From Candidatus Dadabacteria bacterium (GTDB lineage: Bacteria; Desulfobacterota_D; UBA1144; Nemesobacterales; Nemesobacteraceae), in NCBI GenBank assembly GCA_022827275.1, contig JAJDTG010000010.1, forward strand, positions 155,641 to 219,640: a stretch of 64,000 nt of DNA, in the 5' to 3' direction. Made by a program: the position numbers and the translations under genes. The notes under the pieces were generated by a model, which saw only the letters and a program-made list of their open reading frames with translations, searched no databases and was not told the DNA's origin. This document shows, piece after piece, positions 35,896-44,836 of the stretch. How positions within the stretch are numbered: position 1 is the stretch's first letter; each line of letters starts with the position of its first letter.

Positions 35896-38151
35896 TCAGT
35901 CAGTTTCCGCCCGAAGAACTATCTGTTCATCTTCAAGGGAGAAAATCGCCTTGCCGCCGCCTGAGAGCTCGCCGAAGAGGATTTCCTTTGAAAGCCGCTC
36001 CGCCACTTCGGAGTTTATTACTCTCTGCACTGGTCTTGCGCCGAGCTGGGGATCGTAGCCCTTTTGGGCGAGAAAAAGCCTTGCTTCCGGCGTAAGACTG
36101 ATCGTTACTTTCTTCGGAACGAGCCTCTGCTGAAGCTCTCCGATCATCTTGTCAACTATTCTCTCCACTATCTTTATCTCAAGAGGGTTAAACCTGATAA
36201 TTTCATTCAGCCGGTTTCTGAATTCCGGAGAGAAATACCTGTCTATGGCTTCCGGGCTCTTGTCTTCAAACTCTTTCTTCGCGAACCCGACGTTCCTGTT
36301 CATGCTTTCCCTCGAGCCGGTGTTTGTCGTCAGAATCAGAATTATCTGGCGGAAATCCACCTTCCTTCCGTTTGAATCCGTGAGGGTCGCGTGATCCATC
36401 ACCTGAAGCAGAATGTTGTATATGTCCTCGTGCGCTTTCTCGATCTCATCGAGCAGAAGGACGCAGTGAGGAGATTTGTATATGGCCTCGGTAAGCTGTC
36501 CTCCCTGGTCATAGCCGACATATCCTGGCGGTGAACCTATGAGGCGGGAGACGGTGTGTTTTTCCATGTATTCGCTCATGTCGAAGCGTACGAATTCGAC
36601 CCCAAGAAGCTCCGCGAGTTTTTTGGCAAGTTCCGTTTTGCCGACCCCCGTAGGTCCCGAGAACATGAAGGAGCCCACGGGCTTTTCCGGTTCGCTTATG
36701 CCGGCGCGCGACATCTGTATGGCGTTTACGAGCTTGTCTATGGCTTCGTCCTGGGCGTAGATGAATTCTTTTAGGTTGTCCCCGAGATTGTGGAGGAGGT
36801 TTCGGTCCTCGACTTTTACCGACTTGGTCGGTATTTTCGCGATCTTCGCTACCAGTTTTTCCATGTCGAATACTTTTACCTGTCTCGTTGTCTCGGGATC
36901 GGGATTGCGGAGCTTCACGGCGGCTCCGGCCTCGTCCATGATGTCGATCGCCTTGTCCGGAAGCTTTCTGTCCATTATGTACCTGTCAGATAGCTCTATG
37001 CACGCTTTTATCGCTCCCCGGGAGTATTTCACGTTATGGTACTTTTCGTAATGCCGCTTAAGTCCGAACAGGATTTTTCCGCAGTCCTCAATTGACGGCT
37101 CATCCACGGTTATTCTCTGGAATCTTCTTGAAAGCGCGTGGTCTTTCTCGAAGATGATCCTGTATTCCTTAAGCGTCGTTGTTCCTATACATTTTATGTC
37201 TCCTCCGGCAAGGGCGGGCTTTAGCATGTTAGACGCGTCGAGGCTTCCGCCGGAAACCGCTCCGGCTCCTATTACCGTGTGGATTTCGTCTATGAAAAGC
37301 ACGTTGTCCGGGTCCTTCCTGGTCTCATCTATGACGGCGTTCAGTCTTTCCTCGAAGTCTCCCCGGTATTTTGTTCCTGCCGTAAGGGTTCCTATGTTGA
37401 GAAGGTGTATCTTGAGGTCTTTCATCGCTTCGGGAACTTCTCCGGAAACCACGCGGTGAGCCACACCTTCGACGATTGCCGTTTTTCCCACCCCCGCGTC
37501 CCCGACGAGCACTGGATTGTTTTTCTTTCTCTTGCCGAGAATATGGATTATCCTCTGAACCTCTTTCTCTCTTCCTATGAGGGGGTCGATGCTTCCGTTT
37601 CGGGCTTTTTCGATCAGGTCCGTGCAGTAAAGCTCAAGAGGGTCTTTGGTCTCGGGCTTTTTTGCTTCCTTCGGCTTTTCCTTTGCGGTTGCCGGTTTTT
37701 CCTGCTGTTCTTCGGTGCTCTCGCCTTTTCCGTGGGATATATGCTTTATAACGGCAAACCGGGTAAGCCCCTGGCGATTGAGGAAGTGCACGGCGTGCGA
37801 TTCGGGCACCCTGAACATCGCGACCAGTATGTTAGCCCCGGTTATTTCTTCTTTTTCCGCACTTTCGGCGTGCATTGAAGCCACCCTGAAGATGTACTTG
37901 CTTCCTTCGGAGTAGGTCGGTTCGGGAAGATGAGGAGATTCGACAGAGGATACGTTCTTGCTCAGGTGCTCCTCAAGATCGTTTGCGAGAAGCCCTGTGT
38001 CGACGTCGCATTCTATCAGCACTTCCGCGGCGACTCTGTCCCTTGTGAGTTCAAGGAGTATATGCTCCGGGGTGATGAACTCGTGCTTGCGGTCTTTTGC
38101 CTGTTGGTAGGCGCGGTAAAGGGTTTTCTCGAGTTCTTCTGATGCTACCAT
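35896..38151 (-). CDS. clpA: ATP-dependent Clp protease ATP-binding subunit ClpA
   Basis: There are two AAA+ modules (GDAGVGKTAIVEGVA; GPTGVGKTELAKKLA), a ClpA-type N-domain and no ClpB middle domain. I chose the start at MVASEEL (38151), which has GGAG upstream. It overlaps the clpS stop. Confidence 0.85.
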   Translation of the reverse strand: MVASEELEKTLYRAYQQAKDRKHEFITPEHILLELTRDRVAAEVLIECDVDTGLLANDLEEHLSKNVSSVESPHLPEPTYSEGSKYIFRVASMHAESAEKEEITGANILVAMFRVPESHAVHFLNRQGLTRFAVIKHISHGKGESTEEQQEKPATAKEKPKEAKKPETKDPLELYCTDLIEKARNGSIDPLIGREKEVQRIIHILGKRKKNNPVLVGDAGVGKTAIVEGVAHRVVSGEVPEAMKDLKIHLLNIGTLTAGTKYRGDFEERLNAVIDETRKDPDNVLFIDEIHTVIGAGAVSGGSLDASNMLKPALAGGDIKCIGTTTLKEYRIIFEKDHALSRRFQRITVDEPSIEDCGKILFGLKRHYEKYHNVKYSRGAIKACIELSDRYIMDRKLPDKAIDIMDEAGAAVKLRNPDPETTRQVKVFDMEKLVAKIAKIPTKSVKVEDRNLLHNLGDNLKEFIYAQDEAIDKLVNAIQMSRAGISEPEKPVGSFMFSGPTGVGKTELAKKLAELLGVEFVRFDMSEYMEKHTVSRLIGSPPGYVGYDQGGQLTEAIYKSPHCVLLLDEIEKAHEDIYNILLQVMDHATLTDSNGRKVDFRQIILILTTNTGSRESMNRNVGFAKKEFEDKSPEAIDRYFSPEFRNRLNEIIRFNPLEIKIVERIVDKMIGELQQRLVPKKVTISLTPEARLFLAQKGYDPQLGARPVQRVINSEVAERLSKEILFGELSGGGKAIFSLEDEQIVLRAETD

Positions 38152-38152
38152 G

Positions 38153-38488
38153 TCAGCTCCCCGCCTTTTGAACTTCAAGTATGCATTTCAGGGGGTGTTC
38201 GTATTTCTCCGCCAGGTTTTTTACCTGTCTTATCTTCGTGGTAGCTATGTCGTAGGTATAGCAGTCGACGACGCTTTTTCCCTTGGTGTGAGCTTCGAGC
38301 ATTATGTTTCTGCTGTCGTTTTCATTTTTGAAGAACACCTTCATGAGAACCCAGACTACAAAATCCCTCGGGGTGTAGTCGTCATTCAGCAGGACTATCA
38401 TATACATGTCCGGCCTCTTTACCCGGATATCCTCCCTGACGACCTGCTGAGGATCCTTGGTATCTGTCGGATTCTCACGCTCAGACAT
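38153..38488 (-). CDS. clpS: ATP-dependent Clp protease adaptor ClpS
   Basis: VKRPDMYMIVLLNDDYTPRDFVVWVLMKVFFKNENDSRNIMLEAHTKGKSVV is the ClpS core. I took the internal Met start (MSEREN), which gives about 111 aa. Confidence 0.8.
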   Translation of the reverse strand: MSERENPTDTKDPQQVVREDIRVKRPDMYMIVLLNDDYTPRDFVVWVLMKVFFKNENDSRNIMLEAHTKGKSVVDCYTYDIATTKIRQVKNLAEKYEHPLKCILEVQKAGS

Positions 38489-38498
38489 AAGCAGTATT

Positions 38499-39701
38499 TT
38501 ATACGATTTTTTCCGGTTTGCCACCGCGGACCCGCTTAAGCGGGGAGTGTCTGTTGTACTCTGAGATAAGCGAGCGCGTGTAGGGTCTTTCTTCACGAAG
38601 GAAATTGTCTATGGATCTCTGCGCCCCGGTGTTGAAAAACAGGTGGGAGCTGTAGACCGGCACCGCTTCAAAACCGCGAAGGAACTTGTGCTCGCCCTGA
38701 GCACCGGCCTCGAAGATGTTTATTCCGTTGTCTATGGCAAACTCTATCGGTCTGTAGTAACAGCACTCAAAGTGAAGGTACGGAACCTCGACGTTGCATC
38801 CCCAGTACCTGCCGTAAAGCTTGTCGCCTTTTCTGAAGTTGATTGTGCCGCCTACCGGATGGCCGTCTATCTTCGCGATCACAAGCACGGTTTTTTCCCT
38901 GTACGTCTCGAACATCAGGTCGAAAAACTCCCTGTTAAGGTAGGCGTTTCCCCACTTCCTTGAGTTGGTATTCACGTAGAATTCCCATATTGAGTCTATG
39001 TGCTCGCGTCGTATCTGTTCTTTCTCGAGAACCGAGATATCCACTCCCAGATCGCTTAGGCGGCGTTTTTCCTTCTTTATCTGTTTTCTTCTTCCCGAGC
39101 GAAGATCCCCGAGAAAGTCATCGAAACAGAGATAGCCCGAGTTATGCCAGTGATACTGGTGGGTGAGCCTAGAGAGAAACCCGCAGTCAGAGAGCAGATC
39201 CTGCTCCTCTTCGGTTACGAACAGAAAATGTATTGAAGAGAGGCTTTTAAGGGAACATATTTCAATCAGTTTCTTTGTGAGTTCCCGCCCGCCCATTTCG
39301 TAATCGTAGTCTTTGCGCACAATTATTCTCGGTCCGGTTGTCGGGGTAAACGGCACTCCTGCGACCGCCTTGGGATAATATCTCAGCCCCGCGTCCTGAT
39401 AGGCCCGTGCCCACTGCCAGTCGAATATGTACTCGCCGGAGGAATCGGTTTTGAGGTAGAACGTAACTGCCCCGACGAGTTCTTCCCCTTCGCGCAGCAG
39501 AAGATGGCGTGGTTCCCATCCGGTGCCCGGACCCACGCATCCGGATTTCTCGAGAGCGAGAAGAAAGTCAAACTCGAAAAAGGGGTTGTTATCGGGCTGG
39601 ATGGAGTCGTATTCTTTTTTTTCGACCTCGGTTATAGAATGGCAAATCTGGAATGCGGCTTGTTTTCTGGATAGTTCTTTCCGTGCTTTCATGGTTTGCA
39701 A
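38499..39701 (-). CDS. GNAT-fold FemAB-like/DUF482-family acyltransferase (function unknown)
   Basis: 400 aa. The overall pattern resembles FemAB_like/GNAT proteins. This is recognition from memory and no diagnostic catalytic motif is asserted. Confidence 0.4.
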   Translation of the reverse strand: MQTMKARKELSRKQAAFQICHSITEVEKKEYDSIQPDNNPFFEFDFLLALEKSGCVGPGTGWEPRHLLLREGEELVGAVTFYLKTDSSGEYIFDWQWARAYQDAGLRYYPKAVAGVPFTPTTGPRIIVRKDYDYEMGGRELTKKLIEICSLKSLSSIHFLFVTEEEQDLLSDCGFLSRLTHQYHWHNSGYLCFDDFLGDLRSGRRKQIKKEKRRLSDLGVDISVLEKEQIRREHIDSIWEFYVNTNSRKWGNAYLNREFFDLMFETYREKTVLVIAKIDGHPVGGTINFRKGDKLYGRYWGCNVEVPYLHFECCYYRPIEFAIDNGINIFEAGAQGEHKFLRGFEAVPVYSSHLFFNTGAQRSIDNFLREERPYTRSLISEYNRHSPLKRVRGGKPEKIV

Positions 39702-39881
39702 CCGGCAAGTGAAACCTCAGTATGCTTCTAAACAGTGGTCTCCGGTTAGAAAACTACCTCATGGACTTGTTGTTGTCATACCGTGTGATTGCCTGTGGTC
39801 GGGAACACGCATTTAACTGTTGTAGTATCTGATTTCAGCCGTTATGAGCTATAATGATAGCCTGTATGAGAGGGGGACTTA

Positions 39882-40142
39882 ATGAAAATATCTATTAGTG
39901 AAGCGCAGGCGAAATTATCCGCTCTGGTAAATGCGGCCTTGGCGGGCGAACAGGTAATCCTTACGAAGCACTGCAGGCCCGTGGCTGAAATAAGACCCTT
40001 TGCCGCCAAAAAGAGCCCTGCCGAAAAACTGTCCGCAATTCAGAGGATAGCAGCAAGGTCCAAGACCAAGCGTTTAAGCGGCGTTTCTGCGGCAGAAGCC
40101 GATAACTTCCTATACGATGATGATACCGGATTGCCTTCATGA
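39882..40142 (+). CDS. Phd/YefM-family type II antitoxin
   Basis: 86 aa. MKISISEAQAKLSALVNAALAGEQVILTKHCRPVAEIRP is the classic Phd/YefM N-terminus. Confidence 0.75.
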   Translation: MKISISEAQAKLSALVNAALAGEQVILTKHCRPVAEIRPFAAKKSPAEKLSAIQRIAARSKTKRLSGVSAAEADNFLYDDDTGLPS

Positions 40143-40264
40143 TCTTTGCTGACATATCCGCAATTACATTGCTGCATTCCGACTTAGGTTTTTTCCATAC
40201 TCGCAACCGGGGGACAAGACCGGTATCACTGAAAATAGCATTGGGTTTGTTTTATTTCTGTTGA
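40139..40264 (+). pseudogene. Truncated VapC (PIN-domain) toxin remnant. Only about 41 codons remain, overlapping the antitoxin stop by ATGA
   Basis: Translation gives MIFADISAITLLHSDLGFFHTRNRGTRPVSLKIALGLFYFC followed by a stop. The N-terminus matches the PIN/VapC start (MIF.D...), but the ORF ends after 41 aa, against roughly 130 aa for an intact PIN domain. Confidence 0.5.
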
Positions 40265-40265
40265 G

Positions 40266-42152
40266 ATGATCAGTCTGTCAGGCATATGTCATTCCTTTGC
40301 TGGTAAGGAGCTTTTCCGGAACCTTGAATGGAGCATAAAAAAGGGAAGAAAATACGGTCTTGTAGGTCCGAACGGCTCGGGCAAAACCACGCTGCTTGAG
40401 ATCGTAATGGGACTCATGGAACCGGAAAAGGGACAGGCCTCCGTTCCCTCCGCTCTGACCGTGGGCTATCTGCCGCAGATAACGGATCTGGGAACGGGCG
40501 ATCTTACGGTGCTCTCGGCGGCCCGCGCGGGCGACCGCGGCGAAGGCGAGGACGATTCTGAAAAACCTGCCCATGAAGCCGAGAAAATCCTGTTCGGGCT
40601 GGGTTTTACGGGGGAACAGCTCTCCCATAAGGTTTCTTCTCTTTCGGGCGGCTGGAAAATGCGGGTTGAGCTTGCGAGGATACTTCTTCTGGAACCCCAG
40701 GTTCTTCTCCTCGATGAGCCGACCAACCACCTTGACATAAAAAGCATAGAGTGGCTTGAGGGATACCTTGGAAAGTACCGCGGAACCGTGGTTCTGGTAT
40801 CTCACGACAAATACCTCCTTGACCGCATGGTTGACACGATAGCGGAGCTTGAAGGCGGGGTGATAAGGGAGTTTCGGGGCGATTATTCCTCTTACCTTGA
40901 AAGAAAAGAGCAGCTTGCCGCGGTCGCCGAGGCGACTGCCAAGAATCAGGAGAGAAAGCTCCGGGCGCAGCGCCGTTTCATAGAGCGTTTCAGGTACAAG
41001 GCTTCAAAGGCAAGGCAGGTGCAGAGCAGGATAAAAATGCTTGAGAAAATGGAGCCCGAATCCCCGTCCCCGGAGACCCGAAGAGCCCTTGAGTTTGATT
41101 TTCCCGCCCCCGAGCGCGCGGGACGCGTGGTTTACGAGATAAGCGATTTCTCAAAGGAGTATGAAACCCCCGGCGGGGCGGGAAATGTAGTTTTTCAAAA
41201 CTCCTCCGCGCTTCGCGTCGAAAGAGGGGACAGGATAGCCGTTACCGGGAAAAACGGTGAGGGGAAGACCACTCTCTGCAAAATGATTGCCGGTGTGGAG
41301 AGCTTCTCCGGCCAAAGCCGCCTAGGCCACAACGTGACCCTGGGCTACTACGCGCAGAACCAGGACGAGATGCTTAATCCGCAGAACACGGTTTACGAGG
41401 AGTTCATCGGGGCTTATCCTCTTTTTTCCCAGACTGAGGCAAGAACGCTTCTGGGCTCATTTCTCTTCGGCGCTTCCGATATAACCAAGAAGGTCTCGGT
41501 TCTCTCAGGCGGCGAGAAAAGCCGCCTGTCACTTCTCAAGATTCTGGTTTCCCGCTCCAATTTTCTGGTTCTCGACGAGCCTACGAACCACCTTGACATG
41601 GCCTCGAAGGAGGTGCTTCGCTGCGCCCTCGAGGAGTATTCCGGCACTTTTCTGCTGATAAGCCACGACAGGTATTTCATTGACAGGCTAGTGAACAGGA
41701 TATGGTACGTGGAAGGAGGAGGGGTTGAGACCTTTATCGGTAATTACTCGGAATTTCTCGAGAAAAAGGCCCGCAACTCCGATGACCAAGAAGTGCCTGC
41801 CGAGATTCAGGACGACGAACCCAGGAAAAAAACCGCAAAAGTCCTTGAGGCGGAGCGGCGAAACCGGCTTTACAGGGAACTTCGTGAAAAAGGCATAGAA
41901 AACATGGAGAACTGGACGCTTCTCTCGAAAAAACAGATGGAAAACGCCCTTTCGGATCTTGAGAGCAGGATATCAGAATGCGAGACTGAAAAAGAGGAGA
42001 TGGAAAGGTTTCTTGCGAACCCCGAGGCTTCTCCACAAGGTACTGACTGGGAAGAAAAAACAAGGCAACTCGGCGAACTTGAGGCGAAGCTCTCCGCTCT
42101 TTACGGAAGGTGGGATGAGGTGAGCGAGCATATGCGCAAGAATTTCAGTTGA
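40266..42152 (+). CDS. ABC-F family ATPase (EttA/Uup/YheS-like ribosome-associated factor)
   Basis: There are two ABC cassettes (GPNGSGKTTLL...LSGGWKMRVELARIL...LLLDEPTNHLD; GKNGEGKTTL...LSGGEKSRLSLLKIL...LVLDEPTNHLD), no TMD, and a C-terminal coiled-coil. Confidence 0.85.
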   Translation: MISLSGICHSFAGKELFRNLEWSIKKGRKYGLVGPNGSGKTTLLEIVMGLMEPEKGQASVPSALTVGYLPQITDLGTGDLTVLSAARAGDRGEGEDDSEKPAHEAEKILFGLGFTGEQLSHKVSSLSGGWKMRVELARILLLEPQVLLLDEPTNHLDIKSIEWLEGYLGKYRGTVVLVSHDKYLLDRMVDTIAELEGGVIREFRGDYSSYLERKEQLAAVAEATAKNQERKLRAQRRFIERFRYKASKARQVQSRIKMLEKMEPESPSPETRRALEFDFPAPERAGRVVYEISDFSKEYETPGGAGNVVFQNSSALRVERGDRIAVTGKNGEGKTTLCKMIAGVESFSGQSRLGHNVTLGYYAQNQDEMLNPQNTVYEEFIGAYPLFSQTEARTLLGSFLFGASDITKKVSVLSGGEKSRLSLLKILVSRSNFLVLDEPTNHLDMASKEVLRCALEEYSGTFLLISHDRYFIDRLVNRIWYVEGGGVETFIGNYSEFLEKKARNSDDQEVPAEIQDDEPRKKTAKVLEAERRNRLYRELREKGIENMENWTLLSKKQMENALSDLESRISECETEKEEMERFLANPEASPQGTDWEEKTRQLGELEAKLSALYGRWDEVSEHMRKNFS

Positions 42153-42227
42153 GAATAGTCCGGTTTCAGTCCTGCGGGTTTTTCTTTATAATGATGAAAC
42201 CCGCGATTTTCTGATTTAGGGGAACTT

Positions 42228-43886
42228 TTGATGAACGCAGCCGTAATAGCGATAGTCGTAATAGCTCTTTACCTGGTCGGGTACAGGTATTACTCGAAGT
42301 TCATTTCCGAGAAAGTCTACGGAGTAAGAGACGGAGAGCCTACTCCTGCACACCAGTTGCGAGACGGCGTGGATTATGTGCCCGCCGGCAGACACATTCT
42401 TTTCGGCCACCATTTCGCATCCATAGCGGGAGCCGCGCCGATAATAGGGCCGGCAATAGCCGTGTTCTGGGGCTGGGTTCCGGCGATTATCTGGGTTGTG
42501 TTCGGAACGATTTTCATCGGGGCCGTTCATGATTTCGGTGCTCTGGTTATTTCGGCGAGAAACAGGGGAAGATCCGTCGGGGACCTCGCCGGCCTATTCA
42601 TAAGCCCGAGGGGAAGAACCCTTTTTCTTCTCATGGTCTGCTTTCTGGTCTTTTTCGTTATAGCAGTTTTTGCCTACGCAATTGCGGTTCTTTTCGTAAC
42701 CTTTCCCGCAAGCGTGCTTCCCGTGAACTTCCAGATACTGGTAGCCCTTGTTATCGGATTTCTTTTCTACAGAAAAAAGGTTCCCATCCTGTGGCCGTCG
42801 ATAATTGCGCTTGTGCTTCTTTACTTCATGATGTGGGCGGGCACCAAAGTTCCCCTGACAATTCCCGAGGTGATGGGAAGCCAGGTGGTGACGTGGGTAA
42901 TTATTCTTATGGTCTACTCCTTCGTGGCCTCGGTTCTTCCGGTGTGGATGCTTCTTCAGCCCAGAGACTACATAAACGGAATCCATCTTTTCGTAGGTCT
43001 CGTGATACTTATAACGGGGATAATGGTGGCGCATCCCGAAATGCAGGCCCCGGCCATTAACTTTTCCGCCGACGGGCTTCCCGTGCTTCCATTCCTTTTC
43101 ATAACGGTTGCGTGCGGGGCAGTAAGCGGATTCCATGGTCTTGTCGCAAGCGGAACCACCTCAAAGCAGCTTGACAGGATGACGCACTCAAGGTTCGTGG
43201 GTTACGGGGGCATGCTGGGGGAGGGTACGCTTGCCATGATAGCGACCCTTGCGGTCGCGGCCGGGATAGAGCGCAGTGAATGGCTTAAGCACTATCATTC
43301 GTGGGAATCGGCATCAAGCGGCGGCATAGCGAATTTTGTCATGGGAACTTCGAGCTTTCTTACCTCAATACATATTCCCGAGGTGCTGGGGACCACCCTT
43401 ATAAGCGTGATAGTGATAAGTTTCGCGGCGACTTCCCTTGATACCGGGGCCAGAATACAGAGGATCGTTATAGGCGAACTCGGGGAGGCCTACGGAATCA
43501 AGGCTCTTAAAAACAGGTATATCGGGGCGTTTTTCGCCATCGTGCCTCCGCTTGCTCTCGCGCTTTTCGCTCAGGTCCCTGGTAAGGGGCCAGGATCGGG
43601 AGGATTTCTGCTCTGGCCTCTTTTTGGCGCTACAAACCAACTGATAGCCGGAATCACGCTGCTTCTGATTACCCTTTACCTGAGAAGATTGAAAAAGCCG
43701 TTTATCTACACGCTCGTGCCGATGATTTTCTTGGTGGCCATGACTACCGCCTCCATATTTTTCAACCTTAAGTATTTTCTGCATAACACGCTTCTTTTCA
43801 GCCTCTCGGCGATAATGCTCATTCTTGCCGTCTGGCTGATTCTTGAAGCTGCGTTCGTATCTAGGAAAACCACGGGCGACGGGTGA
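42228..43886 (+). CDS. cstA: Carbon starvation protein CstA family transporter
   Basis: 552 aa and polytopic. The N-terminal SKFI..KVYGV and FGHHFASIAGAAPIIGP segments are typical of CstA. Confidence 0.8.
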   Translation: MMNAAVIAIVVIALYLVGYRYYSKFISEKVYGVRDGEPTPAHQLRDGVDYVPAGRHILFGHHFASIAGAAPIIGPAIAVFWGWVPAIIWVVFGTIFIGAVHDFGALVISARNRGRSVGDLAGLFISPRGRTLFLLMVCFLVFFVIAVFAYAIAVLFVTFPASVLPVNFQILVALVIGFLFYRKKVPILWPSIIALVLLYFMMWAGTKVPLTIPEVMGSQVVTWVIILMVYSFVASVLPVWMLLQPRDYINGIHLFVGLVILITGIMVAHPEMQAPAINFSADGLPVLPFLFITVACGAVSGFHGLVASGTTSKQLDRMTHSRFVGYGGMLGEGTLAMIATLAVAAGIERSEWLKHYHSWESASSGGIANFVMGTSSFLTSIHIPEVLGTTLISVIVISFAATSLDTGARIQRIVIGELGEAYGIKALKNRYIGAFFAIVPPLALALFAQVPGKGPGSGGFLLWPLFGATNQLIAGITLLLITLYLRRLKKPFIYTLVPMIFLVAMTTASIFFNLKYFLHNTLLFSLSAIMLILAVWLILEAAFVSRKTTGDG

Positions 43887-43895
43887 GACGCTGGG

Positions 43896-44501
43896 TTACA
43901 TCTCCTTTCTGTCCCGAAGCGCCTTGCCGAGCGTAAGTTCGTCTATGAACTCTATGTCTCCGCCGACGGGTATTCCGTAGGCTATTCTAGAGGTTCTGAT
44001 CCCGAGGGGCTTTATTGTTCTTGAAAGATAAACAGCAGTAGCCTCGCCTTCGACGTTAGTGCCGGTCGCGACTATTATTTCCCTTATATCCTCGCGTTCC
44101 ACTCTTGCCAGAAGTTCTTTTATTCTGAGGTCCTCTGGACCCACGCCTTCAAGGGGGGAGATTACTCCGTGGAGGACATGGTATTTTCCCCGGAACTCCC
44201 CGCTTCTCTCAATCGCCAGCAGGTCAAGTGGTTCTTCAACGATGCAGAGTACCTGTGGGTCTCTTGAGGGATCGGAGCAAATCGCGCACGGATCCTTTTC
44301 CGTGAAGTTAAAGCATGTGCTGCACGTGCTTACGTCGGATTTAGTGCTGATTATCGCGCTTGAGAGACTGCGCGCGTAGCCTTCTGATGATCGAAATATG
44401 TGAAATGCAAGGCGTGTTGCGTTTTTCTCCCCGATTCCCGGGAGCTTGGAAAGCTCTTCTATCAGTCTTGAGATCGGCTCGGGAAGGCCGGTTCTTTGCA
44501 T
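43896..44501 (-). CDS. recR: Recombination protein RecR
   Basis: LIEELSKLPGIGEKNATRLAFHI (HhH), a C4 zinc finger (CSTCFNFTEKDPCAIC) and a Toprim domain. Confidence 0.9.
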   Translation of the reverse strand: MQRTGLPEPISRLIEELSKLPGIGEKNATRLAFHIFRSSEGYARSLSSAIISTKSDVSTCSTCFNFTEKDPCAICSDPSRDPQVLCIVEEPLDLLAIERSGEFRGKYHVLHGVISPLEGVGPEDLRIKELLARVEREDIREIIVATGTNVEGEATAVYLSRTIKPLGIRTSRIAYGIPVGGDIEFIDELTLGKALRDRKEM

Positions 44502-44502
44502 T

Positions 44503-44826
44503 TCAGATAAGCCCCGGCGGAAGTCCCATGCCGGCGGTGAAGCGAGAGACTTCGTCTTTCATAAGCTCCTGTCCCTTGTAAAGGGCCTCGTTTACGGCGG
44601 CGGTCACAAGGTCCTGGAGCATCTCAATGTCGGTTTCGCTTATTATTTCGGGCTCTACCACTATTGATACTATCTCCCCCTTTGCTTTTGCGGTAACCGT
44701 GACCATTCCGCCCCCGGAAGAAGCTTCCACGGTTTTTTCCCCGGCCTCGTTCTGAAGGCGCTCCATCTGCTCCTTCATCTTCCCCATCTGCTTCATGATG
44801 TTCTTCATGTTTCCGCCTAATTTCAT
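44503..44826 (-). CDS. ybaB: Nucleoid-associated protein YbaB/EbfC
   Basis: 107 aa. MKNIMKQMGKMKEQMERLQ...GGGMVTVTAKAKGEI is the YbaB signature. Confidence 0.85.
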   Translation of the reverse strand: MKLGGNMKNIMKQMGKMKEQMERLQNEAGEKTVEASSGGGMVTVTAKAKGEIVSIVVEPEIISETDIEMLQDLVTAAVNEALYKGQELMKDEVSRFTAGMGLPPGLI

Positions 44827-44836
44827 TTTTTCACCC

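Noticed and set aside
35574-38539. + strand ORFs within clpA and clpS (for example 35574..36095, 37279..37878, 38150..38539)
   Set aside because: They are antisense to the strongly supported clpA and clpS genes.
38488-38596. Long ORF-track N-terminus of clpS (starting 38596)
   Set aside because: ClpS is about 100-110 aa. The Pro/Arg/Ser-rich extension overlaps the 3' end of the upstream GNAT gene region and is unlikely to be translated.
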